Positions 33,053-45,778 of a DNA stretch of 64,000 nt are shown here, in pieces; within the stretch, counting starts at the first letter, position 1, and the number at the start of each line of letters is the position of its first letter. Below the pieces are notes generated by a model that was not told the DNA's origin, searched no databases, and saw only the letters and a list, made by a program, of their open reading frames with translations. The translations under genes were made by a program, and so were the position numbers. The stretch comes from Veleropilina oligotropha (Eukaryota), in NCBI GenBank assembly GCA_048128005.1, contig JBEUKZ010000047.1, positions 434,001 through 498,000 on the forward strand, in the 5' to 3' direction.

Positions 33053-34552
33053 CTATTTATTCGGTGGAAGTACGGGCTTAATGGACATTTTCGGCTTCGC
33101 TTTGGACTGCCGATCCAATGGTTGGTCGCTTTCCATTGAATCGTCGGCAGGAGGAGGTGGCCCAGGTGGATCGGGGCTCTCCTTCGTCTGCTGGTGTAAT
33201 TTTTCTGCTGCCTCTCTCCCACCCTTCGTGGCAGCAGCAACAATTTCCAGCGCGAGGTCCTCTATAATGCTATCGGTATTATCAATTTGGTCATCTGATG
33301 GTTCGTTGGTATCCATCAGGTGACCAAAGCGATTATGCAGCTTAATAGGGTCCTCGGACCCTTTGGGCTGTCTGTCTGGTTTAATGTTTGTTCTATCTGA
33401 TTTTGAATGTTTCTTAGAGGCTGCTGCTTTAGGAACAGCAGCAGTCTCTTTTGTAGAGTTGCGAGTAGGTTTGATAGCTTTGATTGATTTTGATGTTTGA
33501 GTTGATTCTGACGATGAAGATGCTAAATTGCTTCGAGATGGCAAAGTGCTGAAAAAAGCTTCGCCAAATGGCCAGGTGATATCCGTTTGTGTCGAAGAGG
33601 ATCTAGTGACTGGCTTTTGCTCCGGTGCTGCAGCAATTGCAGCATAGGATTTACCCGAAATGGTCCTGGATTCAACCAGTTTCCTGGCATCAGGGAAAGA
33701 GATCCGGTCGATAGTTTTGACCCTTTGGATCTCTTTCTCATGCTTCCACTTCGGGCAGTCCTTAGAGTAAGCAAAATGCTTACCCTTGCAATTGCAGCAT
33801 AGTGGTGGTTTGGAGCAAGAGTCAGACTCGTGACCCTCCTCGCTACATCGAGCACATGCGGGATTCCTTCTGCATCGGTCCTTGTGATGCCCAAATGACT
33901 GGCATTTGAAGCATCTCAAGGGGTTTGGGATGTAGGGCTCTACAGGGATGATAATATAACCAGCTTTAATTGTTCTAGGTAGAACAGGAAGGCGGAAGTC
34001 CAGGATGATGGTATTGATGGGGATCTTCTTTCCATCTTTGAACATGGTCAGGCGTGTGACCTTGGTCACACCCTGGCTGTTCATGCCTTCCAGCAGTTCC
34101 TGTTCACTGCATCCCTGCAGATCCCTAGATCTAATAACTCCCTTGGAGGTGTTCAAGGACCGATGCGGTCGAATTTCAACGGGAATGTTGACAAATTTCG
34201 AAGTTCTAAGGAGATTCTCCGCATGGCTCTTCCTGGCGCATTCGACCAACAGGGTGCCATCTCGAAGTTTCTTCACTGATCGAGGTTCGCCAGCAAGACC
34301 AAGGATGGCCTTGGAGATGGCGAAGGGACTCAAAGAAGTAATTGGAGTAGTTGAGTCAAGTGCCTCGATTGTCAAGAATCGTGGCCAGCTTTCCGGTACA
34401 GGGGGTGGAGGGTCGGGCCTATATTCGGCCTCCCTCTCAGGATCGAATGGGATTGACCGGATAGCGGCCATATATTTCGCATCATCATCGTCAGAATCAA
34501 TTTCATTTGATTTATTTTTTCGCCTCTTAATTGCGTGAGTGTGGTGTGCCAT
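33053..34552 (-). CDS. Element E ORF1 (gag-like)
   Basis: Intact 499 aa with three zinc knuckles. Confidence 0.95.
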   Translation of the reverse strand: MAHHTHAIKRRKNKSNEIDSDDDDAKYMAAIRSIPFDPEREAEYRPDPPPPVPESWPRFLTIEALDSTTPITSLSPFAISKAILGLAGEPRSVKKLRDGTLLVECARKSHAENLLRTSKFVNIPVEIRPHRSLNTSKGVIRSRDLQGCSEQELLEGMNSQGVTKVTRLTMFKDGKKIPINTIILDFRLPVLPRTIKAGYIIIPVEPYIPNPLRCFKCQSFGHHKDRCRRNPACARCSEEGHESDSCSKPPLCCNCKGKHFAYSKDCPKWKHEKEIQRVKTIDRISFPDARKLVESRTISGKSYAAIAAAPEQKPVTRSSSTQTDITWPFGEAFFSTLPSRSNLASSSSESTQTSKSIKAIKPTRNSTKETAAVPKAAASKKHSKSDRTNIKPDRQPKGSEDPIKLHNRFGHLMDTNEPSDDQIDNTDSIIEDLALEIVAAATKGGREAAEKLHQQTKESPDPPGPPPPADDSMESDQPLDRQSKAKPKMSIKPVLPPNK

Positions 34553-35724
34553 ATTGTGTGTCTTAGTGTTTCATCACCCGAGGTCCCCGCCCACCCCGGA
34601 GCCCAACAAGGGGGCATTTAACAGGTGCGGGGTTCCAGCACCCAATGCCAGGGATACCCGGGTGATATACTCAAATAAGTGAATGAATATTAGTGGTGGG
34701 AAGTGTATATCCCACCATTCATTCCTCACTTGATTGACCCTTCAGCCACCGCCTTCTGGGATATAGATCAACGGATGGTAAGTGATCTATGATATGGTAT
34801 TTTAAGATGTAAAATTTAAATGATGTTATGTTTAGAATGTTAAGTTATCCCAGGGCATGGCGTGACAAGCCGATTGATCAGATAGGGCCTATCTGACCTC
34901 CCGTCTAGCTGAATCCGAGGCCAAAGTAGTGTGTTGCTTCAGCCGAAGCCGAAGCTCAACTACCAGGACCCTCTTTTCCAACATCACGGGTCGCCACCCA
35001 CGGCCAACAGGTGGCTCCCATTTGGGGGATCTTACCCCTCTGCAGGGAGAGCAGTCGGCATATTCTAACCCCTAACCGACTGGGGGACCATATTATTGGA
35101 TAAAAATGTCACAAAAATATATATTTAACAACATTCTATTATTACCACTGGAAAGATATTTCAATTATCTTTAAAATAGACACAACTTGTAATGATTGCT
35201 CAACGAAAAACTGTCAACGATGTTTACAATTCAAAAAGTTTCTTGACGAAAACATTTTTCGGTGACAGTATTCGTGTCGAGTCATTGTATACGTCACGAT
35301 GAGTTGGCAATAAAAATTCTCGAGAACGAGAACACGAGGTCAAGAAGTTATATATAGGGGATGGATACGTGGCAATGGGTACGTGGCAATAAACTGATCT
35401 AGAAGGGTATCTAAGAAATCCATGAGACTTGAACTGGCTATAGCCAAAAACCGGATTAGTGATATGCAGTTTCGGCCGAAATGTCCACAGGTAAGTGTTT
35501 TAATTTAACCCCCAGGGCCGTCCCTGGGTGTTTCTTTTAGATATACCCGGGCCGGCGAGGGTAGTGGGCCGTCCCTAAGGGCTCTATATAGTTTACGTTG
35601 TGTCGGAACGGGTGCTGGGAGCCTTATTTTTCCAGTCTAAAAAGTTTGCTCACCCCCCCCCCCCCTGCTGCTGTTATGCCGGAAAAACTGCTCCATTTAG
35701 AGTACACTCACCCCCCCTGCTGCT

Positions 35725-35992
35725 GGTTCTCTTGAATGATACGATTAATTCTTTCGTTTTGCGTTCGTTAAGTTTCATATCGTTGTCGTTTGCCCAACTA
35801 GCTACCAGAGATGCTGCCAGTTGCATGGTTCCATCGTTGCTATCCTTCGATGCGTGACATATAGATGTATCGTCGACATACTTGTATGCTATGGCTGGTT
35901 GAGGAATCTGTAGATCTCCTATGTGCACAATGAAAGTTTTTGAGCCTATCAAAGTGCCCTGGGGTGTTCCTCCGTTCAGAGTCAACATAGGG
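35725..35992 (-). pseudogene. Continuation of the CR1-group RT beyond the hAT insertion (3'-truncated)
   Basis: GGTPQGTLIG, KYVDD, MKLNERKTKELIVSF; follows LLNRQQQVKISNV on the other side of the hAT. Confidence 0.85.
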
Positions 35993-38900
35993 CAGGGCAC
36001 GAAAATTCCACTCGTCCGCTCGTATTGACGAGTAACTATTCGGACAGGACGAGCAGAATTTATCAAAATGCGTATTTTACTCGTCCGACAGGACGAGTAG
36101 CTATTAGCAGCGGGTCTCTCAACACAGAACTGTCTGGATCACACACAAATGTCGACAATATTTAATTAGTAATCATTTTAATCCTAAGAACATGTTGTGA
36201 CACTAAAAACGGGCACGACATAAACCTAGAATCGTCACCGGAAACATTTGATCCATGAGTTATTTATCGATATGATACTAATAATAGAACCGTTTTCTAC
36301 ACGTTGTCCTGTATAAATTTACCTTTGCCGATGTCGTTATCATTTCCGAATGCAGTGAAATAAATATTTCAGCATAAATTGCTTTATTATATTAATTTGT
36401 ACGTTTTTTCTTTCTAAAATAACTCTACAGAGTGTACGTGAACAATGTCGGAGTGCATGATTTACGCTAACGCTTTCAATCACTGTGTATCTATTTTGAG
36501 CGCCTGGAATTCCCAAATAACCGTGCTGTTATAAAAGTGAACCCCGTTTATAACATGTGCTTTTGCATTCGGTGTGATTCAGAGGTTTCCGTTTTATAGA
36601 CGTAGGTAGCTTAGCGAAATAGTCCGGGGAATGCCGATTGATTGAGCTTTCTGTCGTCTGCTATAGTAAAATGTCCGACATTCGCAAATTTTTACAAGGC
36701 GGCGGTGATAGCGAAAAACGATCGTTATTGAAAGAGAATGAAAAAAGGAAACTTTGTCAAAAGAAATATGATCAAAACAAACGAAAAAGATTACTTCATG
36801 ATTCATGGTTGGATGAATATCCGTGGGCAAAACAAGAATATGGTGAACTTTTCTGTGCCATTTGCCGTAAATATCCTGGATTATCAGACAGAGAGTCCAC
36901 ACTTGTCAAGGGAATAAAAGATAAATACAGGAAAGAAACACTGAAATTCCACGAAAAGAGCGCGAAGCATGTGAAATGTATCGAGTGCCAAGCTGTGAAA
37001 GAAAAGCCAGAATGCAGTCAAATGGCCACAAGCATGAAAAAAGTGGATGAAAAAAATAGCGTCGTGTACGAAAAGTTATTCAACACGGCCTATTACATTG
37101 CCAGGGGGAATGAATCTTTCAGAAAATTTCCGGAATTGATTTCATTGCAGCAGAAAAATGGCGTGGAGGTAGGCATAAATTATATAAATGAAAAGGCATG
37201 TCGTGAATTTTGCATTAATATAGCAACAGTACTGAAAAATCAAACTTCAAAGTGTGTGCAGTCTGCACGTTTCATAAGCATACTTTCAGATGGATCGACA
37301 GACAAAGGAATAGTCGAGCAAGAAATAGTTTATGTCCGATATGTTGGGAAAGACGGTGTGATGAAAACTGAACTTGCTGACATTGTCAATCTTGAACATG
37401 GCCACGCAGAGGGAGTAAAGCAAGGCATTTTAAAAGGTATGGAAAACATTGGACTGTCGCCTACAGAGTTGAGTAAGAAGCTAGTAGGCATCAACACTGA
37501 TGGTGCAGCTGTGAATCTTGGGAAAAAATGAGGGGCTGTTAAATTACTGATCGATAGATTAAATGAAGAGGTACCCGAGGGAAGTGCATGTGGTGATTAC
37601 ATGACTGTAGTGCATTGTGTGGCCCACAACCTTGAACTTGCAGTGTGTGATGCCAAGAAAGATGTTCGATATCTCACAGACTTTGAGAGAGTTTAGAAAG
37701 GAATTTTCCAGCTCTATTACTACTCTCCAAAGCGCAGAACTTTCTGACATCGCAACATCCTTAGACCAGGACCTAAAGCACTATGGGGGTCTACAACAAA
37801 TACGCTGGGTTGCCAGCCAGAACCGGGCACTCAAGGCTCTCTTAGATAATTATGATGTTACCATGGTTCATCTTCAGGATATTATATCAACTTGCAAGGA
37901 TGAGAACGCAAACAAAGCCAGGAGTTACCTCACAGAAATGAAAAGTGAAAGGTTTCTCACATTCTCCACTTCATGATAGACTGGACCAATTTGATTTCAG
38001 AAGTGTCAGTATTATTTCAACAGAAAAAGTTTCTGATTTCTGAGGTAGCTAGAAGAATCAGTGAATTGAAAGAAAAGTGTGCTACGATGAAATTAAGAAG
38101 GGGCAAGTTGTTGAGAAAGTTTCTAAGGGAAACAAATGATGGAACGTTTCGAGGAAATGAAATGACACAGCGACAAGGGAGGCGAAACAACGACACAACA
38201 GAGCAGATTGCTAGTGACATTGATGAAATGTTAACTGCTTCAGAGTTATTTTTAGAGGAAAGGTTTATCAAACACCTGACAGGAGAACCACATGCTCTGT
38301 TTCGGGCCTTTGATTTTCATCAGTGGCCAAACAAGGATGATAATCCAGATGGTTTCAGGCTGTATGGAGATGAAGAGATTGACAGATTACTAACATTGTA
38401 CAGTCCATTACTGACCAATGAAGAAAATGAATCAGCAGTAGATGAGTGGCTTGATTTGAAATTGTATTTGTCACGGAACCTAAACAGATCTATGGTCGAT
38501 GCTTATGAAAGTCTCTTGGCCAATGAAGATGTAGAACATTTACGCCATATTATACCACTGGTGACCATAATGCTCACGATATCTCCCAGTACAGCCGAGT
38601 GCGAACGTGGGTTTAGTCAGTTAAACCAAATAAAAACAACACTCCGAACGTCTTTGAATCAAGATACGTTGTGCGCTCTTCAGAGAATCCGAGTAGATGG
38701 GCCTACCATGAAAGATTACAACCCAACACAAAGCATCGTGGAGTGGTTGAACTCTGGAAAGGGATCCAGACACACTAAAGGGCATACATGTTCTGGTCCA
38801 AGAGAGAAACGGTTACATCCAGCTGCAGCCTCAAGTGATTCAGATTCTGAATAGAGCAAGCACACGATTCTCCAGGACTGTTTTTGTCTATTGGCTCAGC

Positions 38901-39311
38901 TGCTCTTTTATGATTATGATCAATTGTTTATTAAATCATCTTCTCCAATCATATGTTTAATTCTTAATCTATGATAATGATAGATTCTACCATTGGTCCA
39001 TATTATAAATTATGTGCATATATTTATATTAACATTAACACAAAGACATGCAAAATATGTAGAGCGAGACGACCCTCATGCTGCTCGTATACTTTATTGA
39101 GGAATAACACATACATTTCCTATCTATAAAGACACGCCATGCAAACAGTACATGTTAGTATAATATTACAAGTATTATATTATATTCACTATATTACTGT
39201 TAATTTTGGTTACAAAATGCAGGACGAGTGACATTTGGAACAGGACGAGTAGAATTTCCTTGGTACTCGTCCTACAGGACGAGTGAACATTAAAGTAATT
39301 TTCGTCCCCTG
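35993..39311 (+). mobile_element. Complete hAT DNA transposon (ZNF862-like transposase) with apparent 5-bp TSD
   Basis: TIRs CAGGGCACGAAAATT / AATTTTCGTCCCCTG; TAGGG at 35988-35992 and 39312-39316; ACTCGTCC/GGACGAGT subterminal repeats at both ends. Confidence 0.9.
36671..38854 (+). pseudogene. hAT transposase with premature stops and frameshifts
   Basis: N-terminal FCAIC...HEKSAKH zinc finger, SDGSTD, TDGAAVN, HCVAHNLEL, RW, ECERGFS; broken at about 37530, 37695, 37740 and 37965. Confidence 0.9.
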
Positions 39312-39316
39312 TAGGG

Positions 39317-41758
39317 TATATATCACGTTGCTGATTTTAACCTGCTGTTGCCTATTTAGTAGGAACGCAGCAACCCATTTCACCAAAAAATCGGGGGCTC
39401 CATTTGCTTTTAGTTTCTTCAACACAATGTTATGGTTGACTAAGTCAAATGCCTTCGAAAAATCACATAACAGGATTCTGGCTACTGTACCGGCGGTATC
39501 TGTTGTCCTATATAGGTAATCCATCATGTCTATAAGGGCATGGGTAGTAGATGACCCCTTTAGACCACCATATTGTCTTGAGTCTGTATCGAGAGATGTA
39601 TCGTCAATCCACTGACACACGAAGCTTTCTAACACTTTGCTAACAATAGGTGTGAGCGAAATTGGTTGTAAATCGGTCTTTATTGACTTTGGTGGATTTA
39701 CCTTTGGTAAGGGCACAGTGAATGCCGATCTCCATAGCTGGGGGACAAAGCCTTCTCTGATACTAGCATTAAATATCGAGCAGATTGGACCAGATATATA
39801 TGGCGCAAAATCTCTTAGTACCCATGCAGGTATCTCATCTGGACCGGTAGCCTTATTCACACGTAGTTTGGAGAGCCGTGTTTCTACCTCGTGTTGTGAG
39901 ATGGTGAATTCAGAAGACACGATGTCATTAGGGTCGAAATGCGGACTATTGGGTTGTAGTGGTGTTAGACAAGACCCAACAGATTGAAAGAATGTATTGA
40001 TGGTTGTTGCCAACTCTTCCATACTGCCGTCGCATTCGTTGTTAGCGAGTAGTTGAAGTGGGGTGTTGCTCACACATCCCGTGCCCATCAATCCTTTCAT
40101 ATTTCTCCACCAGTCTCTTGGATTTCCGTGTTTTAAATTCGCAACTTTCCTTTGATAAAATTTCTTACGGAGATTCAAGTTTTCTCGATTAACCTTGTTG
40201 CGTAACTTATTATACAAAGTGACATTTCCTGAAGCATATGCTTGTTGACGTTTTCGGATTAGAAATTTGAAGTCTGGAGTAATCCATGGTTTATCTCGTT
40301 CGTGCAATGTTACACTTTTTGTTGGAAAATGCTTGTTATATAAAAGGATCATCTGGTCCTGAAAGCCGTCAAACATTTCTTGACATGATGACATCTTATA
40401 AATCGAAGTCCAGTTTGTTAACTTTAATTCATGGGCAAACATGACCTTTTCATTTTGGCCTAAAACCCGTTTGGTTGAAGTTACTTTTTCACCAACGTTG
40501 TACGAAACTGATGGTTTGGGACGACACACTATAGCATTATGGTCAGAAGATCCAACTGCGGAAACGACAGTTGCCTCGCTATACAATTCAGGCATACTGA
40601 CAAAAAGTTTATCCAAAATGGCACTTTTTCTTGTTGGTTTATTAATAAGCTGCTTCACTGGCTTGATTCCGCTAATGCGAACAGTAGTGGGTTCAATACC
40701 TGGCTGAGGCATTGAAATTTGTTCAAGTTATGAATCACAGTTGTCCGTGACTGGCCGGAGAGGGCGGGTTTACCCGGGCGACTGGGGTTTCCTCCCGCGA
40801 TAACACGGACATGTCCTGCCTTGAACCTCGATGTTGTAAATATACAGGAAATTAAGCATCATTCCTCCCTCATGCGAAGTAATGAACGGATGGTATTGTC
40901 CTTCAGCTGATTAAAGTCGCCTGTTAGCATTATGCCTGCATATGGATGTTTTTGTCGTATGGAATCAACGCACCGGAGTATGTGATCCACTAACGGTCGG
41001 TCATTGTTGTTATGAGGGTGATATACTACACCTAAAATAACGTGACTGCATAATCTAGGCATCTTAGTAGATTTTAATGTTACCCAAATTGTCTCAAAAT
41101 CATCCTCGTAAAGGTGTGACCACTCTCTGTATGCTAGGAGTTTCTTTATATATACCAACACACCTCCGCCTTTTTTGTGAGGTCTATCGTTTCTACACGT
41201 GACTGGCCGAAGAGGGCGGGTTTACCCGGCGACCGGGGTTTCCTCCCGCGATAACACGGACATGTCCTGCCTTGAACCTCGATGTCATAAATATACGGGA
41301 CATTAAGCATAATTCCTCCTCCTCCTCGTTTCTACACATGCCATAACCGTCAATCTGAATCATATTGTCACTAATACCACCGTGACACCACGATTCTGTC
41401 ACACATATGATATCAGTTTGATGCTCTTCGGCAGACACAGTTAAATCATCCACTTTTGACAGACACGATCGTAGGTTTGCGCACATAATGGATGGTAAGC
41501 AGCAACTAACATCCAACTAACATTGGATGTTAGTTCAATCAAATTGGATTTCATTACAGATCTATTATGCTTATTGCATTGGGCCGACGTAACTCTAACT
41601 GGAATACGTGAGCCATTGCTAAAGTCACGAGACTGTGTATTGCGTGGTTCCCAAATGTTCAGAATGAAAATCGATTTACGTACATGTCTCTTTAACTTGC
41701 ACATTGGCGAATTTTGCAAAGCCTTTAAAAATGTTGAACTGTACTTGGCGACAAACAT
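39317..41758 (-). pseudogene. CR1/L2-group LINE, duplicate copy, with SINE copies at 40682-40871 and 41199-41325
   Basis: Paralog of 848-3289. Confidence 0.85.
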
Positions 41759-42567
41759 TATCGCGGCATATAATGTTCAGTGAAGCGGCTGAAGATCTCA
41801 CCTCTTAATTCCAGTTGAACAAAAGACGCTAATCAGATCACTCTGACAGGTAGTCCTGCTATTGTAAGGAAAACAATAGAGGTTCACGATTTATGTCCTG
41901 GATGACAAACTCAGTTTTGTTTGAAGAGGTAAAAGTTATTTATATCAACAAAAGTATAAACATGATAGTCTTTTCACCTGATATTGTACTTCCCCTTTGT
42001 ATATTCGTGCAGCCACTTATAAGTCCATCACGACTGTTTTCTTATCTTCAGTTAGGTATAAAAATGATGTTTCAATACCGCAAATATATATATATATATG
42101 GCTGATTCTCACGAAACTGCAGCAACTTTGAGATTTTGGGTATTTCAGCCAATATATTTTAAAATTTTATAATAATGATCTGACTAATCATATCTCATCC
42201 ATTTTTTATAAGTTGAATATTTTATAGGATGAATTACTATGCTACTTAGGATTTGTCTTTGATAAGTATGGATTTGTCTTTGATAAGTATGCAAAGAGCG
42301 ATGGCAGTCCTTAGCAGTGATCCATATGTACGAGAATAGTATTGGTGAATCTAGTACATTAATTGTATGCGTGGCGAAGTCTGCCTATATGTTTTCGCAC
42401 AACTCAAAAAGTCTTATCTTGTGTACAGATGTGCCATGGGACGAAGGAGAAGCCTATTTATTTTAACTTCAGGCACTTTGGTTGAATAGGTAAAGAATTT
42501 AACCATTGTATAATGCTTCATTATGTTACTCATGTTAGTTATGTGCTTACCGTGTTTTCTCTGGCAG

Positions 42568-42649
42568 CGTGAACTACCTGGACAAGCACCAGTCGGCCCT
42601 CGGTGAGGGATGGCAGCTGCTGCAGGGGTATAGAAACCGCCTGGTGCAG
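42568..42649 (+). other. Putative coding exon (VNYLDKHQSALGEGWQLLQGYRNRLVQ); copy at 55707-55788
   Basis: Pyrimidine tract + CAG acceptor, CAG|GTGA donor, GC-rich codons. Confidence 0.5.
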
Positions 42650-42812
42650 GTGAAGCACAAGACCCGCCCGATCATACGAAGGAAGGCGGCGCAAAGGCGG
42701 TGCGTTAAGCGCAAGGTGGACAGTAAGTACAGCATGCGCAAGGTAGATAGTAAGTGGTCGGGGGGGGTACGGCATGTTCAAGTTGGATAGTAAGTGGTCG
42801 AATAGATACGGC

Positions 42813-42960
42813 AAGGTTCACAGGGTTACCATAGCTTTTAACATGGTCCACAGGGTAGCCATAGCTGTTAACATGGTCCACAGGGTAGCCATAGCTGTTA
42901 ACATGGTCCACAGGGTTACCATACCTTTTAACATGGTCCACAGGGTAGCCATAGCTGTGT
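42813..42960. repeat. 30-bp tandem repeat, about 5 copies (copy at 55952-56099)
   Basis: CAGGGTAGCCATAGCTGTTAACATGGTCCA units. Confidence 0.85.
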
Positions 42961-43190
42961 GATCGACAAGGTGACCATAGGTGTTTATACGGTCAATAAA
43001 TCCAAATGCATTCCATTCCTCTAGTTCTTGGGTTTTGGACCGCATATATAATGTAATTATCATTTTTATCCCCCGCCCGAAGGGTAGCGGGGGATATTGT
43101 TGTTGCCATGTCCGACCGTACGTCCATAAACAATTTGGTTAAAGTTTCGAATTGAGGGTGTGTAGCTTGCCCATGATACTTTTTGGCATA

Positions 43191-45778
43191 TATCGGGTGG
43201 CCAATAAAAAACTTCCCGAACTTTAAAGGTTAATAACTTTGCAATGAACCACTATATTGTTATGAAACTTCACACAAGTAAAAAATGTAATGTTGTTAAT
43301 ATATTCTGAAAGATTCAAGTCTCTATATCATATACTTTTTCTGTAGTCGGATAAATATAAACAAACGTCAAAAACGGCAAGGGCTACGTCCAAAAAGCTG
43401 CATAGTTATCTTATATTTACTGAAAGAAGTGATCAATATGGCCTCTATCTGCTTCAAAAACTCCTCTGAGTTTTTTTTCCACCTTGATATCGTACTTCTA
43501 ACCTCTCTAAGACATATTTTGTCCCAGCATTTCTTCAGCCTCTTTTTTAGTTCACATTCATTAAACACATCTGTACGCCCTTCGTACACTTTCTCTGACA
43601 GATTATTCCAAATGGAATAGTCCATTGCGTTGAGGCCTGGACTCATCCACTGACTGATCCAAGAAGGCTTGCGTAGACCTACTTGTGTGCGAAGTTGCCC
43701 CATCCTGTTGGAAAACAAAACTTCCATCAGGATAGAGCCGACGGCAATCAGGCAAGAGTCCCTTTTCCAATAGTTTTTGATAAGTCTCAGAGTTAACTTT
43801 CACTTTTTTGGTATCAATAAAGTGAAGCATCGTTTTTCCATTCCACGATACCCTGCAGAAACCATATTTTCTTGGTAAACCTCAGCCCTCGCAATTAGGA
43901 AATATCCAGGTCGGCAAATTTTTGCCGACCTCCAGTCTAACCAGGTCGGCAAATTTTTTAAAACTTTTCTGTTAACACAATGCTTAAATCTTGTTTAAAT
44001 ACATAATTTAAGAATGTTTTAACCATTGTTTCTGTGTATATTTATCTTGAATTAATTTGCTATTTAGCCAACATAATGTTACATATGATATTGTTTAAAT
44101 TTTGAGCGAAATGCATGAAGACTCCCACACACGCGGCATCGCGCACGTGTTACCGTCTACCTCACCTGTTCGCGTGACGAATATTGAGTAGCAATTTTTT
44201 TTTTTTAAATCTCCATTTGGTAGATGATAAAGTGACAATAGAATCTGCAAATATCTTTATTTACAATAAGCGCGTGGAATAAATATATGACAGGCAGTTT
44301 CACGCTCATGAATCTTGTTGCTGTCAAATTGTACACGTTATTTCTGCCCGTTGGCCGTGGTCACTAATCGCGTACCCCGGCGCGGCCGACGCGCTGCGTG
44401 TTCATGTAAAGTTCACAAGTCTAAATCTATTTAAATTAATATTTAATCATTAAATGGTGTCTTAAATTGGTTATATGCCGTTTTATCCCCAAAAAAGATT
44501 ACCACATTGTAAGTTGGAAACAATACTTGACAATTTTCAAATCATCCAAGCCTAAACGTATTATTTTGGAAACTCGATTTTAATCCGTGACCTACTAATT
44601 TATAAATAGCGTACATGTGCGAATGGAGCGCTTGAGTGTTGAAAACTTGTGATGTTAACAATTTATTGGTGAACATTTCAACCAGGATGCACAATATACA
44701 AAGTAGGTAAAGAGATGCAACTTAACAAGTTATGAATAAATATTGTAATTAGTATAATATATATGAACAGACCTTTTAGCAAGATAAATCGAGGTCGGCA
44801 AATTTTTGCCGACCTCGTACGCTTGCAGGTCGGCAACGAGGTCGGCATTGCCGAATGCCGACCTTAATTCCGAGGGCTGAAACCTTGATGTTTCATGGTA
44901 CAGTCTTGTGGTGGATATATCCCATTTCATTCTTCCGTACACCCTAGCGTTTTGGCGGTTACGCGCCACCTCATACGTGAAGTCTTTCTCGTCCGTAAAG
45001 ACAAGTCTTTTTGCATCCTGTTTGGAATACCTGCTGTATAACTTTTTTGGGTCTTCCTTTTTTGTTTGACTGTTTTATCCCGCCGTGAAACTTTTACGCG
45101 TTTGGAAGATTTTAATTCCAATTTGTTAGTAATGTTCTGAACTGATGAGCGTGAAATTTCCAGATCTTTGGCAATTTTCCGCTGAGACTTATGAGTCCCT
45201 GGCTTGTCCTCTTGCGACACAATTGCTTCTTCCACGTAAACCTTATTTGTTTCAGTATTTGCAGTTCTTGGCCTTCCACTACCTTGTTTTCTACTGGTAG
45301 AACCTGAAGTCCTTATTCTCTCAATAAGGAGGTTGACTATTCGCACATTCCACTTTTTATCAGGGAATTCCCTTATAATCATTGCACCACACCAGCCCTT
45401 TTCCCTGAAACATGCCTCAATAACTGCTTTATCACTCTGATTAAATACCATGTTATAATAATATAACCAAGATAGCAAACATCAAAAGCTCCCAGCCTAT
45501 TCGGAACAAGACTGAAATTTTTAACAACATATACATGCCAGACAGATAAAACAAATGATATTGACAATTGAAGGCTGCCATCCATAACACTATTGTGTGC
45601 CATTGCTGTTGATGACTTTTATTTTTAATTATCAGACTGCAGAAAAAATATGTGACAAAGACTTGAAACTTTCAACAAATATTAAAAACATCATATTTAT
45701 GAGGTGTGTGAAGTTTCATAACAACATATTGGTTATTAACCTTTAAAGTTCGGGAAGTTTTTTATTGGCCACCCGATA
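43191..45778 (-). mobile_element. Tc1/mariner element with a decayed DDxD-type (maT-like) transposase (ATG 45451)
   Basis: Perfect 47-bp TIR TATCGGGTGGCCAATAAAAAACTTCCCG..., TA flanks; GSGRPRT, FQQDGATSHTS, SPGLNAMDYSIW; multiple frameshifts. Confidence 0.9.
43883..44879. mobile_element. Non-autonomous hAT-like element with 6-bp TSD
   Basis: TIR CAGCCCTCGCAATTA / TAATTCCGAGGGCTG; AAACCT at 43877-43882 and 44880-44885; empty site at about 57002-57007; GGTCGGCAAATTTTTGCCGACC palindromic subterminal motifs. Confidence 0.9.

Larger units (their letters stand above)
28995..35087 (-). mobile_element. Element E: full-length intact copy almost identical to B; no TSD visible
   Basis: (TCAAA)n tail, both ORFs open, same 5' terminus as B. 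Confidence 0.95.

Noticed and set aside
4004..34538. Recurrent short antisense or alternative-frame ORFs within the LINEs
   Set aside because: They recur only because the copies are near-identical; lengths vary and there are no motifs
3459..35087. Head-to-tail telomeric retrotransposon array (HeT-A/TART-like)
   Set aside because: TSD pairs and split ORF1 halves show nested internal insertions, and no telomeric repeat tract is present
35505..35720. GC-rich segment with GGGCCGTCCCT repeats, a TATA-like motif and a duplicated C-run/CTGCTG
   Set aside because: Could be an element end or promoter, but I found no partner terminus or TSD to support a call
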